This document shows, in pieces, positions 17,451-25,633 of a stretch of DNA of 28,361 nucleotides. The stretch covers positions 1 through 28,361 of the IMG/VR virus record IMGVR_UViG_3300033412_000055. The stretch is one strand, 5' to 3'. Below the pieces are notes generated by a model, which was given only the letters and a program-made list of their open reading frames with translations, had not been told where the DNA came from and did no database searches. This DNA comes from a virus (taxonomy: Duplodnaviria; Caudoviricetes). The first letter of the stretch is position 1. Each line of letters starts with the position of its first letter. The position numbers and the translations under genes were made by a program.

Positions 17451-18107
17451 TCAGCTCGACGGCGTCACGTCCGCGGCAATGCAGTCCGCCGCCGGCGGCT
17501 CGACGTCCGTCGCCCAGAACCCGCCCTCGCGGATGTCCTGGTCGTCGGGAGGCCCGTCGCCGTACGGCCCAGCGCCCCACTGCTGGTTCGTCTCCGAGAA
17601 GCCGTTGACCGACGGCTGCGCAGGGCCCGCCTCGAACGAGTTGTCGCCGAGCTGCCACTTCGTCTTCGGGAAGACCCAGTGGAAGTACGGGTAGGTGCCG
17701 TCGAGCCCAGAGCCCACCTGATGCTCCGTCCAGAACTCGAGCGCGACCGCCGGCGACTGCGCGTCGCAAGCAAGCGCCGACGGGAACGCGGCACCGACGA
17801 TGTCGGCGCCGTCCTCGATCGTTGACGCTCCGAGGAGGAACGCGATCATCGCAGGCTCGAGCGCGGCCTGCACGAACGCGAACTCGAACCAGTTGAACGT
17901 GTCCGGAAACTTCTTGGACGCGATCTTGCAGCCGCAGCCGTTGCGCACCGTGAAGGTGTCCCCGGCCTCGACGTTCGGGTTGACCCCGATCGAGACTGCC
18001 TTGTCGCTGACGTACGAGTTCGGCGTGTCACTCGACACCGACCCGTCATCGTTGACCTTCGTGAGCCTCACGGCGCAGATGCCGAAAGAGACGCCACAGT
18101 TGAACAT
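17451..18107 (-). CDS. Major tail protein
   Basis: RLTKVNDDG, TVRNGCG, VALEFWT, YFHWVFP, LGDNSFE, WGAGPYG, as in cluster B-like tail tube proteins. RBS AAGGAGGT. Confidence 0.85.
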   Translation of the reverse strand: MFNCGVSFGICAVRLTKVNDDGSVSSDTPNSYVSDKAVSIGVNPNVEAGDTFTVRNGCGCKIASKKFPDTFNWFEFAFVQAALEPAMIAFLLGASTIEDGADIVGAAFPSALACDAQSPAVALEFWTEHQVGSGLDGTYPYFHWVFPKTKWQLGDNSFEAGPAQPSVNGFSETNQQWGAGPYGDGPPDDQDIREGGFWATDVEPPAADCIAADVTPSS

Positions 18108-18137
18108 GTCAGAGCACCTCCTTCGGGCGCTGTCGGT

Positions 18138-18971
18138 TCACGTCACACTCCAGTCGATGAGCACGCCTGCCTGCGCGAGCGCGCTGTCCCAGGTCGCGAG
18201 GACGAACTCCTCGACCCGGTACACCACGTCGTTCGTCGAACGATCAAGGGCCTCGGCGATGTCCGACGACAGCACCTGCCGGTCGGAGAGCCTGACCTCG
18301 AGCCCCGCTGTCACGAACGTCCACGCCTCCGTGTCACCCGGCGCGCTCTCGCCCGTCGGCTGCGCGCCGATGTAGCCCGCCCCGGCCGCGACGTAGTTGC
18401 CGTTCGGCGTGTAGATCGCATCACCGTCGGTCTTCAGCTTGTCGAAGCCCCAGCGTGAGACGACCGCCGGGACGGCGTGGATGATCCCGCGCACGCCCGG
18501 CAGGGCGTTCTCCAGCCACGCGAGGCCCTCCTCCGGCGTCACGGCCGTGCCCGAGTTCAGCACGGTCATGTTCGTGTCGCCAAGCGTCGGATTTGTGGTG
18601 ACCTCGCTGCCCTGCGAGATCGCCTTCTCGACCGCCTTCGACAGCACCGCGTCGAAGGACGCCTCGAGCCGGGCGAGGAAGTCGTCGGGGAGTCCGAGCG
18701 TGCCGCAGGCGATCGAAGCGCCCACCCCGAACGCGTCGAACCGCTCGGTGCTGACCTCCGACTCCTCCGACTTCACCCGGAACGTGCCCGTCGAACACGG
18801 ATCCCACGTCCAGGTGTCCTGCACCGGGAAGCCGAACGTGTTGACTCCGTTCAGCCACCGGCCCCGGGTCTCCGCGGCCAGCACGCCGGGAACGGACAGC
18901 AGACCGTACGGTGGGGCGACCGGACGAGGGACATCGAGGATGGACGCCGGCCCGATTGCGGTGACGCTCAT
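18138..18971 (-). CDS. Second capsid protein, probable major capsid pentamer protein
   Basis: Directly after the main capsid gene. PPYGLLSV, RWLNGV, GLAWLE, GIIH, TPNGN.VAAGAGY, DRSTN. RBS GGAAGGAGG. Confidence 0.7.
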   Translation of the reverse strand: MSVTAIGPASILDVPRPVAPPYGLLSVPGVLAAETRGRWLNGVNTFGFPVQDTWTWDPCSTGTFRVKSEESEVSTERFDAFGVGASIACGTLGLPDDFLARLEASFDAVLSKAVEKAISQGSEVTTNPTLGDTNMTVLNSGTAVTPEEGLAWLENALPGVRGIIHAVPAVVSRWGFDKLKTDGDAIYTPNGNYVAAGAGYIGAQPTGESAPGDTEAWTFVTAGLEVRLSDRQVLSSDIAEALDRSTNDVVYRVEEFVLATWDSALAQAGVLIDWSVT

Positions 18972-19010
18972 CTGTCAGTCCTCCTTCCGGTCGCCCCAGT
19001 TGCCGTCAGA

Positions 19011-20816
19011 TCACTCGCACGTCCGGGCGGTGCCGGCGGGTGCCAGCATCCCGACCGGGCAGATGTCGCTCTCGACCCACCACGCGGCCTGCGCCGGCGC
19101 GAGCCGCGCGACGTTCTCGAACGACTCCCCGAACAGCTGGTGGTCGTTCGTCGAGTTGAGCGTCGAGTCGCGGACGAGCCCCAACTCGAGCGTGCCCATG
19201 TCGACGTGGATGAACGCGCCCTCGGGGAAGATCGCCCAGGCGACCTTGTCGGGGAGGCCGTCCATCGCGGTCGGTGCTCCCGCCTGCGACGCGTCGGGCA
19301 GCTGCGACGTGGTGCCGCCGTCCGCCGTGTCGAGGTAGAACGTCGGCTCGATGCCGAACGAGCGGAGGTAGGAGACCAGCTCCGCCTTGCTCGTGAAGCG
19401 GTTGCCGTCGACCGTCTGCACCGTGTCGAGTGCGAGGAAGTCCGGCAGCCACCACGGCACGAGCACCCGGAAGCGCGCGTTCGGGTCCATCCGCAGCCGG
19501 CCCTGGATCCCGAACTTCGCCTTGACGATCCCGTCGACGAGATACGCGAGCGCCGACAGCGTCTCGGCCCCGTTCGTGACGAGCACCGACTGGGCCCGGA
19601 TTCGGCCGAGGAGGTAGCCCTCCGCCGTCCGCGCGTGCGCGGCCATCGTGAGGGCGTTCTCGTGTGCGATCTTCTCCGGCCACGACATCGACACGAGGTT
19701 CCCGTACTCGCGGCAGTGGGAGATGATCGTGACGGCCGTCTCGGTGTACGCCGGGCAGGTGAGGTCCTGGCAGGACTTCGTCGCGAACGTCCCGCCGAGG
19801 GCGTCGTCCTCCTCCTCGATCACCGTGATCGCCGACGTGATGTCGCCGATCGTGGTCGCGGTCGGCACGTTGACGCCGCCGCGGTCGGCCTGGAACGACG
19901 GAAGCGCGTCACGCACCGGACGTGCCTCCGACGCGAAGTTCGGCATCGCGTAGATCGGCTCGAGCGGGGCGCACAGGCCGCCGGACGCCGTCAACACCTC
20001 GGGCGTGAGCGCGAACCCCGGGACGCCCGGGATCGTGCCCGGGATCACGGCGCGGAGCTTGTCCGCGTTCGCGTCCCAGTCGGTCGGGTGGAGCTTGCGC
20101 TCCTCGGGAAACGGGATCGCCGCCGACGCGATCAGGACACGCTGCTCGGTGCCTGCCGCGTGGTGGTTGACCCGCCCGTGCCGCTGCGCGGTCTTCGCGA
20201 CCGCCTGTGCGTATCGGATCGGGTCGGAGATGACTTCTCCGGCCCTGGCTCCGTCGACACCGGCCGCAGCGGTGAGCACTGCCCCGGCGGTTCCGCGGTC
20301 GCGGTCGGCGGGCGTCGCCGGCGCGCTTCGGCGCAGACGGACGACAGGCGCGGTCGGCGCCAGCTCCTCCTTCGCCTTCGGCTCCTCGACCTCGGGCTCG
20401 TCGTCGGGCTCGTCCTCGGGTGTCACCTCGGCAGCAGCGAGTGCATCCGGCTCGTCCTCCGGTGCCGGCTCGTCCTCCGGTGCGGGCTCGTCCTCGGCCG
20501 GCGTCTCCTCCGCGCCGAGCAGCGCCTTCCTGCGCTCCGCGAGGGTGCCGATCTTCTCGTCGAACTGCTTTGCGCCTTCGACGCGAGCGTTCTGCTCGGC
20601 GACGATCGCCTCCATCTGCGCCAGGACTACCTCTCCCTGCGCCAGGATCTCCTCCGGCTCGAGGCCCTTCGTGAACTCGGCGTCGCCATCCTCGATCAGC
20701 GTCGCCGCGACATCGTGCTCCTTGAGAAGCGACGAGAGGTCCTCGTCCGACATCTCGGTGAGGTCCTCGGGAAGCGCGGGAGCGAGCGCCTCGGGATCCT
20801 TCGTCGTGCGTGCCAC
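19011..20816 (-). CDS. Major capsid (hexamer) protein with N-terminal acidic scaffold-like region (601 aa)
   Basis: LTASGGLCAP, RPVRDALP.F..RGG, TKSC...CP, GTLELG.VRDSTLN.TND...F.E.FE. Start reassigned to GTG 20816, 7 nt after the RBS AAAGGAG. Confidence 0.88.
   Translation of the reverse strand: MARTTKDPEALAPALPEDLTEMSDEDLSSLLKEHDVAATLIEDGDAEFTKGLEPEEILAQGEVVLAQMEAIVAEQNARVEGAKQFDEKIGTLAERRKALLGAEETPAEDEPAPEDEPAPEDEPDALAAAEVTPEDEPDDEPEVEEPKAKEELAPTAPVVRLRRSAPATPADRDRGTAGAVLTAAAGVDGARAGEVISDPIRYAQAVAKTAQRHGRVNHHAAGTEQRVLIASAAIPFPEERKLHPTDWDANADKLRAVIPGTIPGVPGFALTPEVLTASGGLCAPLEPIYAMPNFASEARPVRDALPSFQADRGGVNVPTATTIGDITSAITVIEEEDDALGGTFATKSCQDLTCPAYTETAVTIISHCREYGNLVSMSWPEKIAHENALTMAAHARTAEGYLLGRIRAQSVLVTNGAETLSALAYLVDGIVKAKFGIQGRLRMDPNARFRVLVPWWLPDFLALDTVQTVDGNRFTSKAELVSYLRSFGIEPTFYLDTADGGTTSQLPDASQAGAPTAMDGLPDKVAWAIFPEGAFIHVDMGTLELGLVRDSTLNSTNDHQLFGESFENVARLAPAQAAWWVESDICPVGMLAPAGTARTCE
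20447..20495. repeat. 18-nt tandem repeat (about 2.7 copies) encoding (APEDEP)n in the capsid leader
   Basis: CCGGCTCGTCCTCCGGTG twice, then CGGGCTCGTCCTC. Confidence 0.9.
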
Positions 20817-20850
20817 AGCGGGACTCCTTTCCAGACGTGAGACCATCCAC

Positions 20851-20933
20851 GTCGGAGTCCCGCGGACCCGACTTGCGAGAGGCGCAGCGCACCAGTTCGC
20901 TGCGCGGATTTCTAGCAGAGGTCGCGGTCGCTA
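20851..20933 (-). promoter_or_regulatory. Putative capsid promoter (TAGCGACC-N11-TAGAAAT) followed by two leader hairpins
   Basis: GACC at 20929-20926, TAGAAA at 20914-20909. Hairpins at 20882-20905 (8-bp stem) and 20851-20872. Confidence 0.5.
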
Positions 20934-20935
20934 CG

Positions 20936-21619
20936 TCAACCCGTGCGCCAGTCGATCTCCAGCGGATCTGCATCCGGGCCTATCCAGCGGACCGCCACAC
21001 GTCCCTTGTCGGCCCCGTCGGCGCGCTTCCGATGACCTGCTACGACGGGCTGGTCGTCGGGATGCTCGACCAGCGATGGCACGGTCGCCCACACCTCCCG
21101 CCGGGTCATCTTCGCCCAGTAGCTGACGACCGCATCATCCGACTTCGGCACGCCTCGGTGCCCCGGAAGACGCACCGCGTTCGTCGTCGTCCAGTCGAGG
21201 AACTCGCGGGCGAGAGGCGCTGGCCAGACGAGCGCGCAGACGTGGATCACGCACGCGGTCTGCATCGGATAGAGCTGCACCCAGCAGCGCCTCGCCGTGA
21301 GCGCGCGCATGAAGACCCGCGTGTTGAAGTTCCGCAGGCCGCCGACGAACAGGCTCGTCAGCGTCGACGGTCTCGCCGCAACGATCTGCTCGACCGCCTG
21401 CGCGAAGTTACGGCACGCCAGTGTGTCGTCCTGGAGAACGACGACGTGCGAAGCGTCGCCGAGATTCTCGAGGCAGCGGCGGTAGCCGCGCCAGGGGTTC
21501 GGTTCCACCGCATCAGGGTCGATGACGGCCTCTCGCCCGACCGGAAGCCGTCCGGAGAGCCGGGCGAGAGGCGCCTCGCGTCCAGCGACGGTCTGGACGC
21601 GATACAGGATCTCGGTCAG
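20936..21619 (-). CDS. GT-A fold glycosyltransferase-like protein (227 aa if started at CTG 21619)
   Basis: HVVVLQDD (DxD-equivalent), SDD, ATVPSLVEH, resembling actinophage virion-operon glycosyltransferases. The frame is open up to a CTG overlapping the protease TGA. Confidence 0.7.
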   Translation of the reverse strand: MTEILYRVQTVAGREAPLARLSGRLPVGREAVIDPDAVEPNPWRGYRRCLENLGDASHVVVLQDDTLACRNFAQAVEQIVAARPSTLTSLFVGGLRNFNTRVFMRALTARRCWVQLYPMQTACVIHVCALVWPAPLAREFLDWTTTNAVRLPGHRGVPKSDDAVVSYWAKMTRREVWATVPSLVEHPDDQPVVAGHRKRADGADKGRVAVRWIGPDADPLEIDWRTG

Positions 21620-23211
21620 TCGCCGCTACCGCAGCCGAGCGACCGTTCGCGGCGACGGATGTGCGCCATCACCCTGTCGCGCTTGCCGGGCGACGTCCGC
21701 CCGATCGCCTGCCGGGCGTTCTTCGCATCCGAGCAGTTCGCGATCGGGAAGGAGCCGTCGGGCATCGCCGCGCCGGTCTTCGCGAGGCGCTTCCGCTCAG
21801 ACGTCGAGACGTCCCTGAAGGCGTCGCCTTCGAGCGCGAAGGCCGCAGTCGACTCCATCGCCGTGAGCGCCTCGCGCCTCGCGCGGAGCACCTCCATTCG
21901 GCGCCTGATCTCCTTCGGCCCCGGCTTCTCGATCACCAGCGGCGCCGTGATGATCGTCAACTCGTCGACGCCCGCCGACGCGACCAAAGCCCGAGGGATC
22001 GGGAAGCCCGGCACAGGCACCGAGAACGCCGCGATCAGCTCGCTGCCCTTCCCCGGGATAGGCCGCCAGTCACCCGAAGGTGGATTCGCGCGGAGATACA
22101 TCACCTCGTCCTCGGTGAGACCCGGGCGCAGCACGCCAGCGAGCCAAGTGCCGAACCTGTCCGACCCGGCGCGAACGAACGCGCCGATCTTCGCGGCCTT
22201 GTCGTAGTGCTTCGCCGCCGCCTGCCAGTCGATGATCTTCTCGTTGGCGTGACCGATGTCCTCCATCGAGAACATCAGCTTCCCTATCGGCATCAGCGCC
22301 CCATCGGCGCACTCGATCTCGCCGACGTTGAAGTACGCGAAGTCGGTCGTCGAGCGGAACGGCGGTACGCAGATGTTCGAGAAGCCGGTGTGGCAGCCGG
22401 ACCAGTCCGCGAGGTGGCCGTAGACGCGACGGTAGCCGTCCGCGAGCGGCTCGGTGATCGTCAGCGGTGTGAGCCGCTTCAGGTTCGGGTTCGCGAAATA
22501 CGACGGGTCTGGCTTCGGCCCTGTGGCAGCGGCGGTCAGCACCGCCGGCGCGGGCGCCAGCTTCAAGTGCACGGCCGACGCGACCAGCACGCCGTCCTCG
22601 ACGAACCTGATTGCCGACTGCTCGAACGCCGAGATCATCACGATCGTCGCGCCCCCGATCTTGCCGCCGATCCCCGTCACGTACTCGCCCGACAGGGCCT
22701 TCGCAAGGTCGACTTCCTCCTCGGGGATCTCCTCGAGCGTGCTCTCGTCGAGCACCGCCATTCGGTCGCGCGTGATGTCGAGCGACACGCCGGCGCCGTT
22801 CTCGATCATCCGCGCGCCCTCCTCCGCGGCTGGCGATCCGTCCAGTACCCCGGAACCGAAGATCACAGTCGCGGTGTCGGGAACGCCGTCGAGGCCGAAC
22901 TCCTCCGCCCGATCGAACTCGCTCATCGGGATCCGCCGGATCGACTCGATCCTTCCCGCGACCTGCGAGCCTTCGTGGCCCTCCGCGCTCACCGTCTGCA
23001 CGGCGAGCGGCAGCGGAAGGTCACGCTCGCCGATCTCGCCCGGCATCAGGTAGCGCCGGTCGCTCGTCGTCAGCCCCTCGAAGCCGAGCGGGCCCTCCCA
23101 CGAACGCTCTCCGCCGAGGGCCGACGAGAACCCCTCCGAGAACTCGTCATGCGTGTCCTTGAAGAAGCGCACCAGCAGCTCGGCCGCCTCCCTCTCCGCT
23201 GTCTGGCTCAT
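21616..23211 (-). CDS. Capsid maturation protease, multi-domain, with a C-terminal DUF6582-like module (531 aa)
   Basis: EGLTTSDRR...RDLPLPL...GHEGSQVAGRI, GVSLD, GATIV..SAF; VYGHLA.W..CH; AMPDGSFPI. ATG 23211 after RBS AAGGAGG. Confidence 0.8.
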   Translation of the reverse strand: MSQTAEREAAELLVRFFKDTHDEFSEGFSSALGGERSWEGPLGFEGLTTSDRRYLMPGEIGERDLPLPLAVQTVSAEGHEGSQVAGRIESIRRIPMSEFDRAEEFGLDGVPDTATVIFGSGVLDGSPAAEEGARMIENGAGVSLDITRDRMAVLDESTLEEIPEEEVDLAKALSGEYVTGIGGKIGGATIVMISAFEQSAIRFVEDGVLVASAVHLKLAPAPAVLTAAATGPKPDPSYFANPNLKRLTPLTITEPLADGYRRVYGHLADWSGCHTGFSNICVPPFRSTTDFAYFNVGEIECADGALMPIGKLMFSMEDIGHANEKIIDWQAAAKHYDKAAKIGAFVRAGSDRFGTWLAGVLRPGLTEDEVMYLRANPPSGDWRPIPGKGSELIAAFSVPVPGFPIPRALVASAGVDELTIITAPLVIEKPGPKEIRRRMEVLRARREALTAMESTAAFALEGDAFRDVSTSERKRLAKTGAAMPDGSFPIANCSDAKNARQAIGRTSPGKRDRVMAHIRRRERSLGCGSGD

Positions 23212-23224
23212 CACTCCTCCTTCG

Positions 23225-25036
23225 TCACGCTGCGACGTCGTCGATGAACTCACGGGTCTTCGCAAGCTGAACCTCGAACCCTGCCGGCAGCGCCGGAGCC
23301 TTCGGCTCGAACAGCGTACGCGCGGCGTAGGTCTCGACCATCTGCGCGAGCGCCTCCGCCTGCGCCGGCGGGTAGCCCCAGCCAGCGAGAAGCTCGCGCA
23401 GCGTATCGGCGCCACCCTTCACGAGCGCCATCGGCTCGACCCCGAGCTGCGCGAGACGATCCGGCCCGATCGCAGCGGCGACGACCGACAACTTCTCCTT
23501 CTCGGCCTGCTCCGCGCAGTCCAGACAGATCGCGGCCAGCGCGCGCAGCGCCGACTTCTGCTGGAGGCGCATCCCGGCCAACTCGCGCGAGCGCAGCAGC
23601 GCGTACTCGGCGGCACCCATCTCCCGGAACGCGGCGGCGACGACGCGCGTGCGACGGCCACTGTCCCCGTTCGCGCCGGGCGGCGGCGGGGCCCCTGGCG
23701 CATCCTGCGCCTGCGAGGGCTCCGCCGAGCCTTCCTGCCCCGGCTGCGTCTTCCCACGCAGCTCGAGCATCCACTCCTGCTCGCTCTCATCAGGCGCGAG
23801 GTCGTCAGGCACGTTCATCATCTTGCGCCATCCGCGCGGGCCGATCGCGCCCATCTCGATCCCGGTCTTCGCGTCGTCCGCGCGGTCGACCTTCGCGGAC
23901 ACCTGGGATCCGTCGACACCGACGACGACGTCCTCCCAGCCCTCGAACCCGTCGTCCCGCAGCCCCGGACGGAGATACACGTCGGCGATGTCGCTCGCGA
24001 ACTGCATCGCGACGTTGATCCCGTGCGACTTCCACATGTCGCCGAGGATCTGGATCGCCGACCAGTGGTTCGACTGCCCCACGCCACTGAGCGCCTCCGG
24101 GGGCATGTCGAGCCCGAGCCCGAGACGGTCGATCGCCTCCTTGCGAAGCTCGCGCTCGACATAGTCGGTCGCCGGATCGTGCAGCTTGACGGTCTTCACC
24201 TGCGCGATCAGCTCGCCCTGCATCCACACGACCAGCGGCGATCGGGCAGACGCCTCGTCGAAGTTCTCGACCTGCGCATCCATGTGCGCGCCGAGGTCGC
24301 TCGCGAACGGGTCTTCCTCGGGGTCGTCGTCTGCGTCCGGGGTCGCCGAGCCCGGGGACGCCTCACTCGGCATGAACAGCGGGTCCGTCGTCAGCCGCGT
24401 CACCGCTGTGGCCCGAACCGCCTTCGTCAGGATGATCAGCTCCTCCGCGATGTCGAGCACCGCTCGCATCGGTGAGTCCGCCTCGCCCGACAGCCTCGGG
24501 TGCGGCGTCCACATCGGATAGAAGACCGCCCGTTTCGCCCCGTACTCGGTCTTCTTCCCCGACTCGCCGTTCGGCATGTGGACGATCTTCGTGACCTGGC
24601 CGTCCCGCCCCTTCTCGACCTTCACCTCGCCGCTCCAGACGAACGACCACCGCTCCTGCGGCGTCGTCAGATCGCGTCCCAGAAGACCGCCCTCGCCCGT
24701 CGCGAACATCAGGCGACCGTACTGCCCCTGGAGGACGCTCCGTCCGCCGCCGGGATCGCGGATCTGGGCCAGGCGCTCGACCGGCGGCCCCTCCTTGATC
24801 TCCTCGAGCGTCCCGTCCGACATCAGCGTCGCCGGGTAGAAGCGCACCTGTCGCAGCATCCGCGCGTAGAACCGTGACGCGAAGTTGATCTCCGGGACGA
24901 GATCGATGTACGAGAGCGCCCGTTCCTGCCAGGTCGCGCCCTTGCGGTCGGCGTACTCGGAGTCGCGGTCGCCGGCTCGAAGGGCAGAGGCGGTCAGGAC
25001 ACCGCCACGAGGCCGTGTCTGTGGTAGCGCCGACAC
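23225..25036 (-). CDS. Portal protein
   Basis: WQERAL...VPEI.FA, WTPHP...ADSP, AIDRLGLGLDMPPE.L.G...NHWSA, as in cluster B-like portals. An in-frame TAG lies just upstream of GTG 25036. Confidence 0.88.
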   Translation of the reverse strand: MSALPQTRPRGGVLTASALRAGDRDSEYADRKGATWQERALSYIDLVPEINFASRFYARMLRQVRFYPATLMSDGTLEEIKEGPPVERLAQIRDPGGGRSVLQGQYGRLMFATGEGGLLGRDLTTPQERWSFVWSGEVKVEKGRDGQVTKIVHMPNGESGKKTEYGAKRAVFYPMWTPHPRLSGEADSPMRAVLDIAEELIILTKAVRATAVTRLTTDPLFMPSEASPGSATPDADDDPEEDPFASDLGAHMDAQVENFDEASARSPLVVWMQGELIAQVKTVKLHDPATDYVERELRKEAIDRLGLGLDMPPEALSGVGQSNHWSAIQILGDMWKSHGINVAMQFASDIADVYLRPGLRDDGFEGWEDVVVGVDGSQVSAKVDRADDAKTGIEMGAIGPRGWRKMMNVPDDLAPDESEQEWMLELRGKTQPGQEGSAEPSQAQDAPGAPPPPGANGDSGRRTRVVAAAFREMGAAEYALLRSRELAGMRLQQKSALRALAAICLDCAEQAEKEKLSVVAAAIGPDRLAQLGVEPMALVKGGADTLRELLAGWGYPPAQAEALAQMVETYAARTLFEPKAPALPAGFEVQLAKTREFIDDVAA

Positions 25037-25046
25037 GCGTCCCTAG

Positions 25047-25115
25047 CTATCCGCCGTTCGAGGGAGGCGCGGGAGGCGTCTTCGGCAGCTTGGAGCCCTT
25101 CCGACATCCGCACAT
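25047..25115 (-). CDS. Small 22-aa ORF MCGCRKGSKLPKTPPAPPSNGG
   Basis: ATG lies 8 nt after a TATCAT -10 box. The ORF fills the gap and stops 10 nt before the portal start; N-terminal CxC. Confidence 0.55.
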   Translation of the reverse strand: MCGCRKGSKLPKTPPAPPSNGG

Positions 25116-25123
25116 GGACGCGG

Positions 25124-25145
25124 ATGATAGACGGGCTGGCGGTCA
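25124..25145 (-). promoter_or_regulatory. Putative promoter TGACC-N11-TATCAT
   Basis: Near-consensus -10 (25129-25124) in GC-rich DNA, with the same GACC spacing as the other three sites. Confidence 0.55.
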
Positions 25146-25472
25146 GTCCTCCGGCCGCAACGGTTTGTCGATCGCGACCAGCGCCGCCGAAAGAGCGAAT
25201 GGGACCGCGACGACGAGCGTCCAGTGGCCCGTGATCTGCCATGCCGACCACCACACGACCGAGATCCAGAAGCCAGCGCAGTACGGGCAGGTGATGAAGT
25301 CGGCCCACTTGACGCGGTAGCCCTCCGGCACCTTCTGGCCCTTCTTCCAGTCACCGAGCCGGAGGAGTCTCGCGCGCGGCCGGTCGAGAATGTCGTCGCG
25401 CGCGATCAGCTGGAACACCCGCCACGCCGCGGCCGCGAGGAGCAGCGCCTCCCACCAGCCCGGAATCTTCAT
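25143..25472 (-). CDS. DUF1360-like membrane protein
   Basis: WRVFQLIARDDILDRPR and ITCPYCAGFW motifs, with hydrophobic helices. Confidence 0.8.
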   Translation of the reverse strand: MKIPGWWEALLLAAAAWRVFQLIARDDILDRPRARLLRLGDWKKGQKVPEGYRVKWADFITCPYCAGFWISVVWWSAWQITGHWTLVVAVPFALSAALVAIDKPLRPED

Positions 25473-25633
25473 CGGCGCTTCGGCCAGTCCTCGAGCTGCT
25501 TACGCGGACGCCCCCAGGCCGGCATCTTCTTGCGCCGCACCTCTGCCGCTATCGCCTCGACGCCCGGGCTCACCGTGAGCCGCGGCGGCTCCGGCTCAGT
25601 CGTCGACTCTGGCTTCTGTCTGCGAATCCGCAT
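25469..25633 (-). CDS. Small basic hypothetical protein (54 aa, MRIRRQKPES...WPKRR)
   Basis: Fills the gap. Its stop overlaps the next ATG (ATGA); the start is uncertain and overlaps the dehydrogenase end by 38 nt. Confidence 0.45.
   Translation of the reverse strand: MRIRRQKPESTTEPEPPRLTVSPGVEAIAAEVRRKKMPAWGRPRKQLEDWPKRR

Noticed and set aside
4731-24475. Long plus-strand ORFs (e.g. 18477-20840, 6352-8130, 21661-23247, 23153-24475)
   Set aside because: Antisense shadows of GC3-rich minus-strand genes; Arg/Ala/Ser-rich with no recognisable motifs.
25143-25472. Membrane protein as a holin
   Set aside because: It has DUF1360-like motifs (CPxC) and sits next to the portal; no specific holin evidence.
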